Of a DNA stretch of 64,000 bases, positions 38,883-46,225 are shown piece by piece (the first letter of the stretch is position 1; each line of letters starts with the position of its first letter). Source of the stretch: Candidatus Uhrbacteria bacterium. Its GTDB lineage: Bacteria > Patescibacteriota > Patescibacteriia > UBA9934 > GWF2-40-263. The stretch spans positions 87,493 to 151,492 of the forward strand of contig JBAXQK010000002.1 in the NCBI GenBank assembly GCA_037131775.1, read 5' to 3'. A program made the translations under genes and the position numbers. The notes under the pieces were generated by a model. The model saw nothing but the letters and a program-made list of their open reading frames with translations, was not told the DNA's origin and made no database searches.

Positions 38883-39152
38883 TTATTCTTTTTTCGGCGG
38901 CGGGCACGCGTCGCCGATTTTATGGAAGCGATAACAGAACGGACAGCGGGCAAACTTCGTCATGTAACGGCGGAAAAGGATGAACGCAAGGACGAGAACG
39001 CTCGCGACAGGGACGAACGCGATGAGCGTGTCCGAAGCGGAATGGGACGTCTTGTCGATTCCCTGAAAGATCCTGACGGCGACAAAAAGAAGGTTGAGGC
39101 CGACGAGCCAGGAGATCGCGTTCGTCGTGTCGAATTGTTTTTTCGGTTCCAT
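38883..39152 (-). CDS. Small membrane protein with C-terminal Cys cluster
   Basis: 89 aa, two TM helices, CPFCYRFHKIGDAC. Confidence 0.35.
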   Translation of the reverse strand: MEPKKQFDTTNAISWLVGLNLLFVAVRIFQGIDKTSHSASDTLIAFVPVASVLVLAFILFRRYMTKFARCPFCYRFHKIGDACPPPKKE

Positions 39153-39163
39153 AGGGGCGAGAC

Positions 39164-39859
39164 CTATGCTCGCGTCGCCATAAACGTCGCGACGATGGCG
39201 GCGGTTTCGGCGCGGAGGATTCTTGGGCCGAGGTTGGCGGGGGTGAAGGTGGCGGCGCGCATGAGGTCGAGCTCGGCGGGGTCCCAGCCGCCCTCGGGGC
39301 CGATGAAGAGGCCCGTCGAGCCCGACGGGACTAAAGTCCCTGTGAAGTCAGGCGAGCCGGGCTCGAAGAGAAAGTTCGTCGCGTTCGATTTCGCGTGGAC
39401 GATGGCGAGTCTCAGCGACATAGGCTCGACAATCTCGGGAACGACGCCGCGGCCGCTTTGCTCGCAGGCTTCCGTCGCGATCTTTTGAAGGCGGTCGAGC
39501 TTCACGCCGAGCTTGATCGTGCGCGACGAGATGACGGGGATGATCGCGGCGACTCCGCACTCGACGGCCTTCTGGACGACGAGTTCGAAGTTCTCGCGCT
39601 TGAGCACGGCGCAGTAGAGCGTGACTTTGGTTGCGCTCTCGGTGTCGACGGCGCGACGGTCGATGATCTTCGCGACGATCGTCTTGTCGTCGGACACAAC
39701 CTGCACGGTCGCCTCCATCCCCTTCCCATCGCAGACAATGAACGGGTCTCCCGCCTCCATCCGAAACACGTTCCGAATCTGGTTCGTCGCCTCCCGATCG
39801 GAGATGACGAGTTCGTCGGCGGAGAGGTCGAGGTCGAGAATGAATCGGTGGAGGCGCAT
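39164..39859 (-). CDS. rsmE: 16S rRNA (uracil1498-N3)-methyltransferase RsmE, with an in-frame REP insertion
   Basis: MRLHRFILDL..., IGPEGGW motif; a 26-nt REP (TTCACAGGGACTTTAGTCCCGTCGGG, identical to 27862-27887) encodes DFTGTLVPSG between LFEPGS and IGPEGG. Confidence 0.8.
   Translation of the reverse strand: MRLHRFILDLDLSADELVISDREATNQIRNVFRMEAGDPFIVCDGKGMEATVQVVSDDKTIVAKIIDRRAVDTESATKVTLYCAVLKRENFELVVQKAVECGVAAIIPVISSRTIKLGVKLDRLQKIATEACEQSGRGVVPEIVEPMSLRLAIVHAKSNATNFLFEPGSPDFTGTLVPSGSTGLFIGPEGGWDPAELDLMRAATFTPANLGPRILRAETAAIVATFMATRA
39326..39342. repeat. REP copy embedded in rsmE coding sequence
   Basis: GGGACTAAAGTCCCTG on plus strand; same family as the RAYT-flanking REPs. Confidence 0.7.
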
Positions 39860-39937
39860 AGTGTATGGATGGTAGCGCAGAAAAGAAAAACGCGCGAATG
39901 GTCGCGCGCAGAGGCCGGAGAATCCGGCAGAGGACGG

Positions 39938-40237
39938 CTACAGGCACTCCCGACGGCCGGTCCCGAACGACGACGCGCCTGCGGCCGATCGACCCGCCAG
40001 GAGCGCGGCGAGAAGCGGCGAAGCCTCGTCTTCGCTCAGGCGAAGCGGCAGGGTTTCGACGGACCCCATGAACGGGTCGTGAACCCACCGCTCCACAAGC
40101 AGCGACACGAAGCCGACGGTCGGCCGCCAGTCCACCCCCACGAGCGTCTCGCCGGGCGGAACGAGGTCCAGGGCGACGGAACGGACGCGCGGATCGAGAT
40201 CGGCGAGCGGAATCCAGGACGGGAGTCGAGCGGACAT
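39938..40237 (-). CDS. Hypothetical protein
   Basis: About 100 aa from MSARLPSWIPLADLD; weak. Confidence 0.3.
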   Translation of the reverse strand: MSARLPSWIPLADLDPRVRSVALDLVPPGETLVGVDWRPTVGFVSLLVERWVHDPFMGSVETLPLRLSEDEASPLLAALLAGRSAAGASSFGTGRRECL

Positions 40238-40274
40238 GTGTTCTCCGGAGGATGATGGCGTGAAAGCGCTGACC

Positions 40275-40306
40275 AAAAAACCGCCCACGCGGGCGGCTTC
40301 CTGTTT
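40275..40306. terminator. Bidirectional hairpin terminator
   Basis: AAAAAA-CCGCCC-ACGC-GGGCGG-CTTCCTGTTT. Confidence 0.4.
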
Positions 40307-40525
40307 GGATCGTTACGCGCAACGATTACCCACCAAGAACCGCCCGGCCTTGAATAAGGCCGAGAAGGCTGATGATGGAAATAGATACGCGAACGGATGT
40401 CATAGCTTTGATATCAGATTATCGCGGGACGAATTTGATGTCAAACGACCAAACAAAGAGCGCGCCCGCGGGGACGACATGGCGCAAACGCGCTCGATGT
40501 CGCCCGCGCGTGACGCGCAGACTCT

Positions 40526-40791
40526 TCAGACGGAGATCGTGTTGCCTCGTGGCCCGTGCATCATCAGCATGACCATGGCACCGTCCTTTCGAACGAGGCC
40601 TCCGAGGGCCTGAACGATGGAGCGGGCGGTACGACCGGTATCATCGGACGGCACATGGGATGTGATGGCCGCACCGTACGGACAGCCAAGCTCGCTCTTG
40701 ATCCGCCGAACGATCTCCTCGTCGTCCGACGACGTGCGAACGATACCTCGTACAGCAGCCTTGATTTCCTCGTCAGATTTCGCACTCCACA
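40526..40791 (-). CDS. Small hypothetical protein adjacent to tRNA-Pro
   Basis: 88 aa from MWSAKSDEEIKAAV; followed by a roughly 200-nt untranslated tail up to the terminator at 40275-40306. Confidence 0.35.
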
Positions 40792-40894
40792 TGAAGACTC
40801 CTGAAGTTGTGAGTGGGAAAAATATATCACAGAATTGACGAAATGTCAATGGATTCAGGCGGATTTCGAAAAAAATACTAACAAAAACGACCGT

Positions 40895-40910
40895 CAAAGA
40901 CGGTCATTTT
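40895..40910 (-). terminator. Hairpin plus T-run immediately 3' of tRNA-Pro
   Basis: GACCGTC-TTT-GACGGTC followed by GTTTTTGTTAGTATTTTTTT on the minus strand. Confidence 0.4.
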
Positions 40911-40986
40911 TGGTCGAGCCAGCGGGACTTGAACCCACGGCCTCTTGCCCCCCAGGCAAGCGCGCTACCAACTGCGCCATGGCTCG
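40911..40986 (-). tRNA. tRNA-Pro (anticodon GGG), CCA-encoded
   Basis: Revcomp reads CGAGCCA-TG-GCGC-AGTTGGTA-GCGC-G-CTTGC-CTGGGGG-GCAAG-AGGCC-GTGGG-TTCAAGT-CCCGC-TGGCTCG-A-CCA; 7-bp acceptor, T-loop TTCAAGT, anticodon loop C-T-GGG-G-G. Confidence 0.85.
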
Positions 40987-41018
40987 GTATGGCCCGTAGT
41001 GTAGGCGATCCGCCGGGT

Positions 41019-41729
41019 TTAGGCAAACAGGTCGAGAAACTTGGCGATCAGCGTGCTCGCTTCCGGCGACGGTCGGAGCGCGGCCTTCATTCCCGCGACG
41101 ATCTCCGGGGTCAGCTTGTACTCGGTTGCGTAATAGTCGACGCGGTACAGAACGCCATCCTGGTCGAGCTCGGGATGGAACGTGAGCGCGTATACCGGTG
41201 CATCCGGAAACCTCCATGCCTGGTGGATACTGCGTTCCGACGAGGCGAGGTGGACGGCGTCGGACGGGAGAACCGTCAGATGGTCCTTGTGTCCCAGCTG
41301 CGCGTCGAAGCTCGGCGGGAGGTCGCGAAACAATTCATCGTCGCTCCCCTCCTCGGTCCTCGACACAAGGAACGTCCCGACCTCCGCGCGCGACTCGTCC
41401 TTTTCGACGCGGCCGCCGAACGCGTGCGTGAGAATCTGAGCGCCGAAGCAGATGCCGAGCGTCGGGACATTTCGATGGCGAGCCTCGTCGAGGACGGGCT
41501 TGAGCGCGGCGAGAATTTCCGGGATGTCGCCGCGCGAGATGAGGTAGTCGCCGGATCCGCCGAGGATGATCGCATCCGCTCCGTCGAGAAGGTCGACGGT
41601 CAGCGGCGCGGTCGTTGCGTTTACCGGGACGAAGTCGAACGCGGGACGGTTGGAAAAACGAACGACGAGATCGAACTCGTGGGCGGCCATGATCGGGTCA
41701 GGGCGAAACTGGAGAAGGAGGATGCGCAT
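41019..41729 (-). CDS. Class I glutamine amidotransferase-like protein
   Basis: VPTLGICFGAQILTHAFGG (Cys nucleophile in GxCxGxQ), His/Glu near the C-terminus. Confidence 0.7.
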   Translation of the reverse strand: MRILLLQFRPDPIMAAHEFDLVVRFSNRPAFDFVPVNATTAPLTVDLLDGADAIILGGSGDYLISRGDIPEILAALKPVLDEARHRNVPTLGICFGAQILTHAFGGRVEKDESRAEVGTFLVSRTEEGSDDELFRDLPPSFDAQLGHKDHLTVLPSDAVHLASSERSIHQAWRFPDAPVYALTFHPELDQDGVLYRVDYYATEYKLTPEIVAGMKAALRPSPEASTLIAKFLDLFA

Positions 41730-41773
41730 ATCGATGGTAGGATACAGGAATTTGAAGTCTTTTGATAACCGTT

Positions 41774-41819
41774 CACGACGACCACCCCTGACCCCTCCTC
41801 CCTATGAGGAGGGGGAAAC
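41774..41819 (+). repeat. Hairpin repeat family 2, copy 1
   Basis: CACGACGACCACCCCTGACCCCTCCTCCCTATGAGGAGGGGGAAAC; stem CCCCTCCTC/GAGGAGGGG, loop CCTAT. Confidence 0.8.
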
Positions 41820-41867
41820 TTAGGAAGAAAAGAGACCCAGGACGCGGCGCGAGGCCGGGTCGGAGGG

Positions 41868-42326
41868 TCAGAGGGCGATGCCGGGCGAGCCGACGGACGC
41901 GCAGATGGTGGCGAGGTCGACCGAGCACGTTTCAAAGAGCGCGGCGGTGGATCGCGCGAGCCTGTTGCCGGCGACGTGTCGGCGAAGGATCTCGGTGCGA
42001 ACCTGCCGGATCGTGAGCGAGCCTTCGAGAAAGTTCGCCTGGAGATCGGCCGGCATGTGGCGCGCCTCGTCGACGATCGCCGAGACGTAATCGGGCGGCG
42101 ACCGGTGCGGGCTTGCCGACGGACGGACGCCCGTGAGCGTCACGCGGCCGTCGAGCAGCAGGCGGAGGGAATTTTCTGACAGCTGGGAAAGAACGCGTGT
42201 GAGCTCGTCCAAGGGGACTCCGGGGAGAAAGAAAGCGAGCCGTCGCGGGTTGCGACGGCTCGTTGGTGGGCGGGGATGTGAGGGGTTCACGATCACGGCA
42301 CAACGGGCGTCGCAGGCAACTTCCAA
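41868..42326 (-). CDS. Hypothetical protein
   Basis: 152-aa ORF, no domain recognised. Confidence 0.3.
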   Translation of the reverse strand: MEVACDARCAVIVNPSHPRPPTSRRNPRRLAFFLPGVPLDELTRVLSQLSENSLRLLLDGRVTLTGVRPSASPHRSPPDYVSAIVDEARHMPADLQANFLEGSLTIRQVRTEILRRHVAGNRLARSTAALFETCSVDLATICASVGSPGIAL

Positions 42327-42524
42327 TCAAACGAAACGTACGCACAAATCATGTGGCACGTGACGGAGAGATTGTTTGCTGCGACGTTTGTCATACTGTA
42401 TCTAAGGTATCGTCGATGGGAGATCGTGTCAAACGCGAGTTATCCCCATTTCGACTTCACTCAGTGTCTGCGACATCACGAAAAGAAAAAGATCCTGAGC
42501 GAGGCTCGGGACCGAGTCGAAGGG

Positions 42525-43673
42525 TCAGTGCTTGCTGCCGTTTCCGTTACGCTTCTGGCGCTCGTGGAACCATCCGAGGTTTTCGCGCTGGCGTTCGTAG
42601 AGAAGCTGCTGCAGCGACGCGTCCTGCCAGGACTGTTCCGGAAGATAGATCTTTCCGGGAAAGAGCAGCGGGAGCATGTTCTTCATTCCCTGCCGCATCT
42701 TGTAGATGGTGTGGTTCTCCTCGTCATGTGCATACTTCGCGGAGTAGAACACTCCGAACGTCACGATCTGGAACTCGTACCAGCGGTTGTGCCAGAACAC
42801 CGCGAGTTGCTTCTGCTTGTACTTTGGCGAGCTGAGCGAGTTCGTCGGATCCGCTGCCGTCCCGGTTTCCTTCGTCAGGTTGTCGCTGTCCGGATATACT
42901 TCCGCGCCGAACGCGATGAGGTTCCACACAAGCTCCTCCGCAAGTGCGTTTACCGCATCGATGCTCTCGACGACGAACTTGAATCCGCACCGATCCTTCA
43001 CGAGCATCGGGTCGTGCCCCTCCTTCGGGGCGATCTGTTGCTGCAGGAGCTTCATGACCGTTCGGAACCGGTTCTTCGCCCTGGTTCCGGTTCGGAGAGT
43101 TACTCCTTCGCGAGTCATGCGCACGCGGCTGTTGTGTTTGCGTTCCAAAAGCTTGCCGAACGTACCAGGCACGTCGTACGAGACCGCCTTCACGCGATAC
43201 ATGTCTTCCGGGTCGTGGTACGTGTAGATGAACCGCTTGCGCGAGCCGTCGATGAGTACCGAGCGCTGGAGCAACTGCCTCATGGCATCGACGTCTTCTT
43301 CCACGTCGACCATCGGGTCGATGCGCTCAAGCTCGTAGCTCATCGCCGCGAGATCGAGCACGCACAGCGCCTCAAACCGTTGTTGCACGTTCTGCTCATC
43401 ATCTCCGTGCACGTCGGCAAGGGCGAGAAGCTTGAGCGGATGCGATACGGCATACACCTCGTCCGCCATCTCCAGCTCGTCGAAGATAGGCAAGGCAAGC
43501 TCCTCCGCGAGGTCGAGCCGACCGTCGCGAACGCCGCGGGCCCGGCTCGCAAGCTTTCGGATCTTATTCGGCTCGATCGCCCTCAGGTAGCTGCGCCGCG
43601 TACGGATCGCCTTGGGATCGCGCTCCCCGGTCCAGTCCTTGTGCCACGAAAGAACCATTTTCAGCCGTTCCAA
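42525..43673 (-). CDS. RelA/SpoT-domain (alarmone synthetase-like nucleotidyltransferase) protein with unknown N-terminal domain
   Basis: RAKNRFRTVMKLLQQQ (RxKxxxSxxxK-like), DRCGFKFVV (DxxGxRxx), YKQKQLAVFWHNRWYEFQIVTFGVFYSAKYAH (compare GYqSlH...EvQIRT..mh.wAe..H); Arg/Leu-rich antisense ORF 42351..44039 rejected. Confidence 0.5.
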   Translation of the reverse strand: MERLKMVLSWHKDWTGERDPKAIRTRRSYLRAIEPNKIRKLASRARGVRDGRLDLAEELALPIFDELEMADEVYAVSHPLKLLALADVHGDDEQNVQQRFEALCVLDLAAMSYELERIDPMVDVEEDVDAMRQLLQRSVLIDGSRKRFIYTYHDPEDMYRVKAVSYDVPGTFGKLLERKHNSRVRMTREGVTLRTGTRAKNRFRTVMKLLQQQIAPKEGHDPMLVKDRCGFKFVVESIDAVNALAEELVWNLIAFGAEVYPDSDNLTKETGTAADPTNSLSSPKYKQKQLAVFWHNRWYEFQIVTFGVFYSAKYAHDEENHTIYKMRQGMKNMLPLLFPGKIYLPEQSWQDASLQQLLYERQRENLGWFHERQKRNGNGSKH

Positions 43674-43700
43674 TCTTCCCCCTTGGTTGGAATCTCCACC

Positions 43701-43967
43701 CTACGACCCCGACAGCGCGGCGTCAATCTCGGCCTCGGTGAGGTACCGGCGGACCTTGTCGATCTGCTCCGAACATTTCGGTTCGACGCGGACGGCCAGG
43801 CGCAGATCCTTCTTCTTCAGATTGAACCGTGCGCGCTCGCAGAACTGGACGATCCAGATCCGCGCCGCGGCCTTCTTGGCCTCGATTTGCTCATCCGTCG
43901 CATACGGCATGCGTTGGATTTCCTCGACGGTCGGATCTGGGAACGGCGGCCCCGTGTGTTCGCGCAT
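43701..43967 (-). CDS. Small hypothetical protein immediately upstream of the RelA/SpoT-like gene
   Basis: About 88 aa from MREHTGPPFPD; 28-nt gap to the downstream gene. Confidence 0.35.
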   Translation of the reverse strand: MREHTGPPFPDPTVEEIQRMPYATDEQIEAKKAAARIWIVQFCERARFNLKKKDLRLAVRVEPKCSEQIDKVRRYLTEAEIDAALSGS

Positions 43968-44076
43968 GATTTCCTCCAAACGAAAAGGGGTCAGTGGGTT
44001 CAAGGGGATCGAAGGAGTCGAGGGAAATATTTCCCTTGATCCCTCTGACACCCTCGATCCCCCCGACCCCTTTTAA

Positions 44077-44544
44077 CTAGACCCCTTCGCCAAACTGGTA
44101 GCGGTCCGTGATCTTCTCGTAGGCGAACAGCTCGTCGTCCTGGAAGAAGCGCTTTACCTCGGTCGCGGCCGCTTCCGGCGAGTCGGAGGCGTGGATGAGG
44201 TTGCTCGGGACATTCATGGAGAGGTCAGCGCGGATCGTTCCGGCGTCGGCGTTCCGCGGGTTGGTGGAGCCGACGATCTTGCGCACGGACTCGACGCTGT
44301 CGAGGCCCTCGAGCACGAGGCCGACCACCGGGGTCTGCATCATGAACTGCTTGAGGGAGGCGAAGAACGGCTTGTCGGCCAGGTGCGCGTAGTGCTCGGT
44401 GAGCATCTCGTCCGTGAGGCGGATCAGCTTGAGGCCGACGATCTTGAGCCCCTTCAGCTCGAAGCGGCGGATCACTTCGCCGAGGAGGTCGCGCTGCAGG
44501 GCGTCCGGCTTCAGGAGAACGAGCGTCTTTTGGATTTCGGCCAT
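44077..44544 (-). CDS. ndk: Nucleoside diphosphate kinase
   Basis: MAEIQKTLVLLKPDALQR..., NLIHASDS active-site His motif. Confidence 0.95.
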   Translation of the reverse strand: MAEIQKTLVLLKPDALQRDLLGEVIRRFELKGLKIVGLKLIRLTDEMLTEHYAHLADKPFFASLKQFMMQTPVVGLVLEGLDSVESVRKIVGSTNPRNADAGTIRADLSMNVPSNLIHASDSPEAAATEVKRFFQDDELFAYEKITDRYQFGEGV

Positions 44545-44561
44545 ATCGATATGATTATAAA

Positions 44562-44640
44562 TTAGGCGTAAGGCTGAAAGGCAAAAGGCTTAAGGGAAAC
44601 CCTTACGCCTTTTGCCTTAACGCCTTAAGCCTATAGCCTT
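44562..44640. repeat. xxxAAGG/CCTTxxx module palindrome (family 3), copy 1
   Basis: ATTAGGCGTAAGGCTGAAAGGCAAAAGGCTTAAGG then complementary CCTTACGCC TTTTGCCTT...CCTTAAGCC; first 35 nt identical to 60002-60036. Confidence 0.65.
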
Positions 44641-44644
44641 TTCA

Positions 44645-45601
44645 TCAAAACGGCAAGGGAGAGGGCTCGACCGTCGGTTCCCCGCCCGTAGAGGTCAGGA
44701 GGATGTCGCCGTCGAGGTCGGTGCGCTCGACGCGAATGTGGCGGTCGTCGAGGCGTTGGAGCGTCGCAGGATGCGGGTGGCCGTAGCTGTTATCGATGCC
44801 GTCGGAGATAATCGCGAACTCCGGGGTGACCGCGTCGAGGAACTCGGTCGACGACGAGGTGCGGCTCCCGTGGTGTCCGACCTTGAGGACGTCGACGTCG
44901 CCGACCTCGGGAAGGATGTCGTGCTCGACGTCGGCCGGCGCGTCGCCGGTGAGAAGGAGGGTCGTGTCGTGGTACGTGACGAGCATCACGACGGACGCCT
45001 CGTTCGGATCCTTCGGGTAGGTTCCGTCGATCGGCTTCGTCGGAGCGAGCACTTCGAGCGTCACGTCGCCGTACGCGAAGTGATCGCCCGCGACGAGATG
45101 CTTCGTCGGCGCATGCTCGGCGACGGTATCGGCTTCGAACGCGTCCATCTCCCCCGTGTGTGAAAGCGCACCACCGTCGTACACCGTGGCGACATCATAG
45201 CGCTCGAGGACGGAGACGAGGCCGGCGACATGGTCTTTGTGCGGATGCGTGAGCACGATCGCGTCGATGGACCGGTCCCACGGCTGCATCACCTGCCCAA
45301 GCTTCGAAAGCACTTCCTGCGACGGGCCGCCGTCGACGAGGATCTGATGGTGGTCGGGAGTCTCGATAAAGATGGAGTCGCCCTGGCCGACGTCGAAGAA
45401 CCAGACGCGAAGCTCGCCCGAAGAGACGAACGGCGCTGCGGGAACGGACGATACGACGGGCACCGGAACGTGCGACTCGCGGACGAAGAGGATCGTCGCA
45501 ATGACGAGCATCACGGTTGCGACGAGGAGATGCTCGACCTTGGAGCGGTGGCGAGAGAGGAGGAGGCGCGGGGTAGATTGACGTGATGTGCGGAGGGTCA
45601 T
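44645..45601 (-). CDS. ComEC/Rec2 C-terminal metallo-beta-lactamase domain protein (separate gene)
   Basis: HPHKDHVAGL (HxHxDH), VLKVGHHGSRTSSS; N-terminal TM; start possibly internal (MLVIATILFV). Confidence 0.8.
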   Translation of the reverse strand: MTLRTSRQSTPRLLLSRHRSKVEHLLVATVMLVIATILFVRESHVPVPVVSSVPAAPFVSSGELRVWFFDVGQGDSIFIETPDHHQILVDGGPSQEVLSKLGQVMQPWDRSIDAIVLTHPHKDHVAGLVSVLERYDVATVYDGGALSHTGEMDAFEADTVAEHAPTKHLVAGDHFAYGDVTLEVLAPTKPIDGTYPKDPNEASVVMLVTYHDTTLLLTGDAPADVEHDILPEVGDVDVLKVGHHGSRTSSSTEFLDAVTPEFAIISDGIDNSYGHPHPATLQRLDDRHIRVERTDLDGDILLTSTGGEPTVEPSPLPF

Positions 45602-46089
45602 ACAGCAGAGATCTCCGTTTCCCCATCATTTTCCTTACACGTTCCCCCTCCTGATAGGCAGGAGGGGTCAGGGGTGGTCGACGAGATTTTCGTGATGGTC
45701 ATCGCGCCGTCTTGGATCTTTTTAACGATCCTCGCTGGCAATCCAACTTCGATTTTCCTCAAGACCTTCTCCATATCCCCATACACGTCCCCGTTCGCGA
45801 CTCGCACGACGACGATCCCCTTCGACTCGACATACTTCGTCCGCGCAATGTCACTCTCCCGTTCGCCTTCCTCAAAATGACTCTGGCCATCGACCTCGAC
45901 GACGAGGCGAGCTTCAGGGCAATAAAAGTCGACAACGTACGGACCGATTCCGTGTTGACGGCGGAATTTTAAACCATGGAATTTTCGGCCCATGAGAAAT
46001 GACCATAATATTCCCTCGGCCGGCGATGCCTCGTTGCGGAGGGTTTGTCGGAGTGCTTTTTGGGTGGTGAGGTTGTAGAGAAGTTGCAT
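45598..46089 (-). CDS. DUF559 endonuclease-domain protein (Vsr/restriction-endonuclease-like fold)
   Basis: LRQTLRNEASPAEGILWSFL...FRRQHGIGPYVVDFYCPEARLVVEVDGQSH...GIVVVRVANGDV is the DUF559 consensus; C-terminal 45 aa read through repeat copy 2. Confidence 0.7.
   Translation of the reverse strand: MQLLYNLTTQKALRQTLRNEASPAEGILWSFLMGRKFHGLKFRRQHGIGPYVVDFYCPEARLVVEVDGQSHFEEGERESDIARTKYVESKGIVVVRVANGDVYGDMEKVLRKIEVGLPARIVKKIQDGAMTITKISSTTPDPSCLSGGGTCKENDGETEISAV
45641..45683 (-). repeat. Hairpin repeat family 2, copy 2 (inverted; variant stem CTG/CAG)
   Basis: GTTCCCCCTCCTGATAGGCAGGAGGGGTCAGGGGTGGTCGACG. Confidence 0.8.
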
Positions 46090-46104
46090 AGAAAAACGCA
46101 TAGG

Positions 46105-46196
46105 GCGCGACGACCGCCCCTTATCCCCTCCTGCCTATCAGGAGGGGGAACGTGGTTGAAAAATCGTTTCCCCTCCTGATAGGCAGGAGGGGAAAC
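46105..46196. repeat. Hairpin repeat family 2, copies 3 (forward, 46105-46152) and 4 (inverted, truncated, 46166-46196) as a tail-to-tail pair
   Basis: GCGCGACGACCGCCCCTTATCCCCTCCTGCCTATCAGGAGGGGGAACG ... CGTTTCCCCTCCTGATAGGCAGGAGGGGAAAC. Confidence 0.8.
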
Positions 46197-46225
46197 TTGA
46201 AAAGGGAGACGAATTACGACTGCCA

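Noticed and set aside
42351-44039. 562-aa plus-strand ORF antisense to the RelA/SpoT-like gene
   Set aside because: Leu/Arg-rich antisense-type composition; the minus strand contains recognisable RelA/SpoT motifs.
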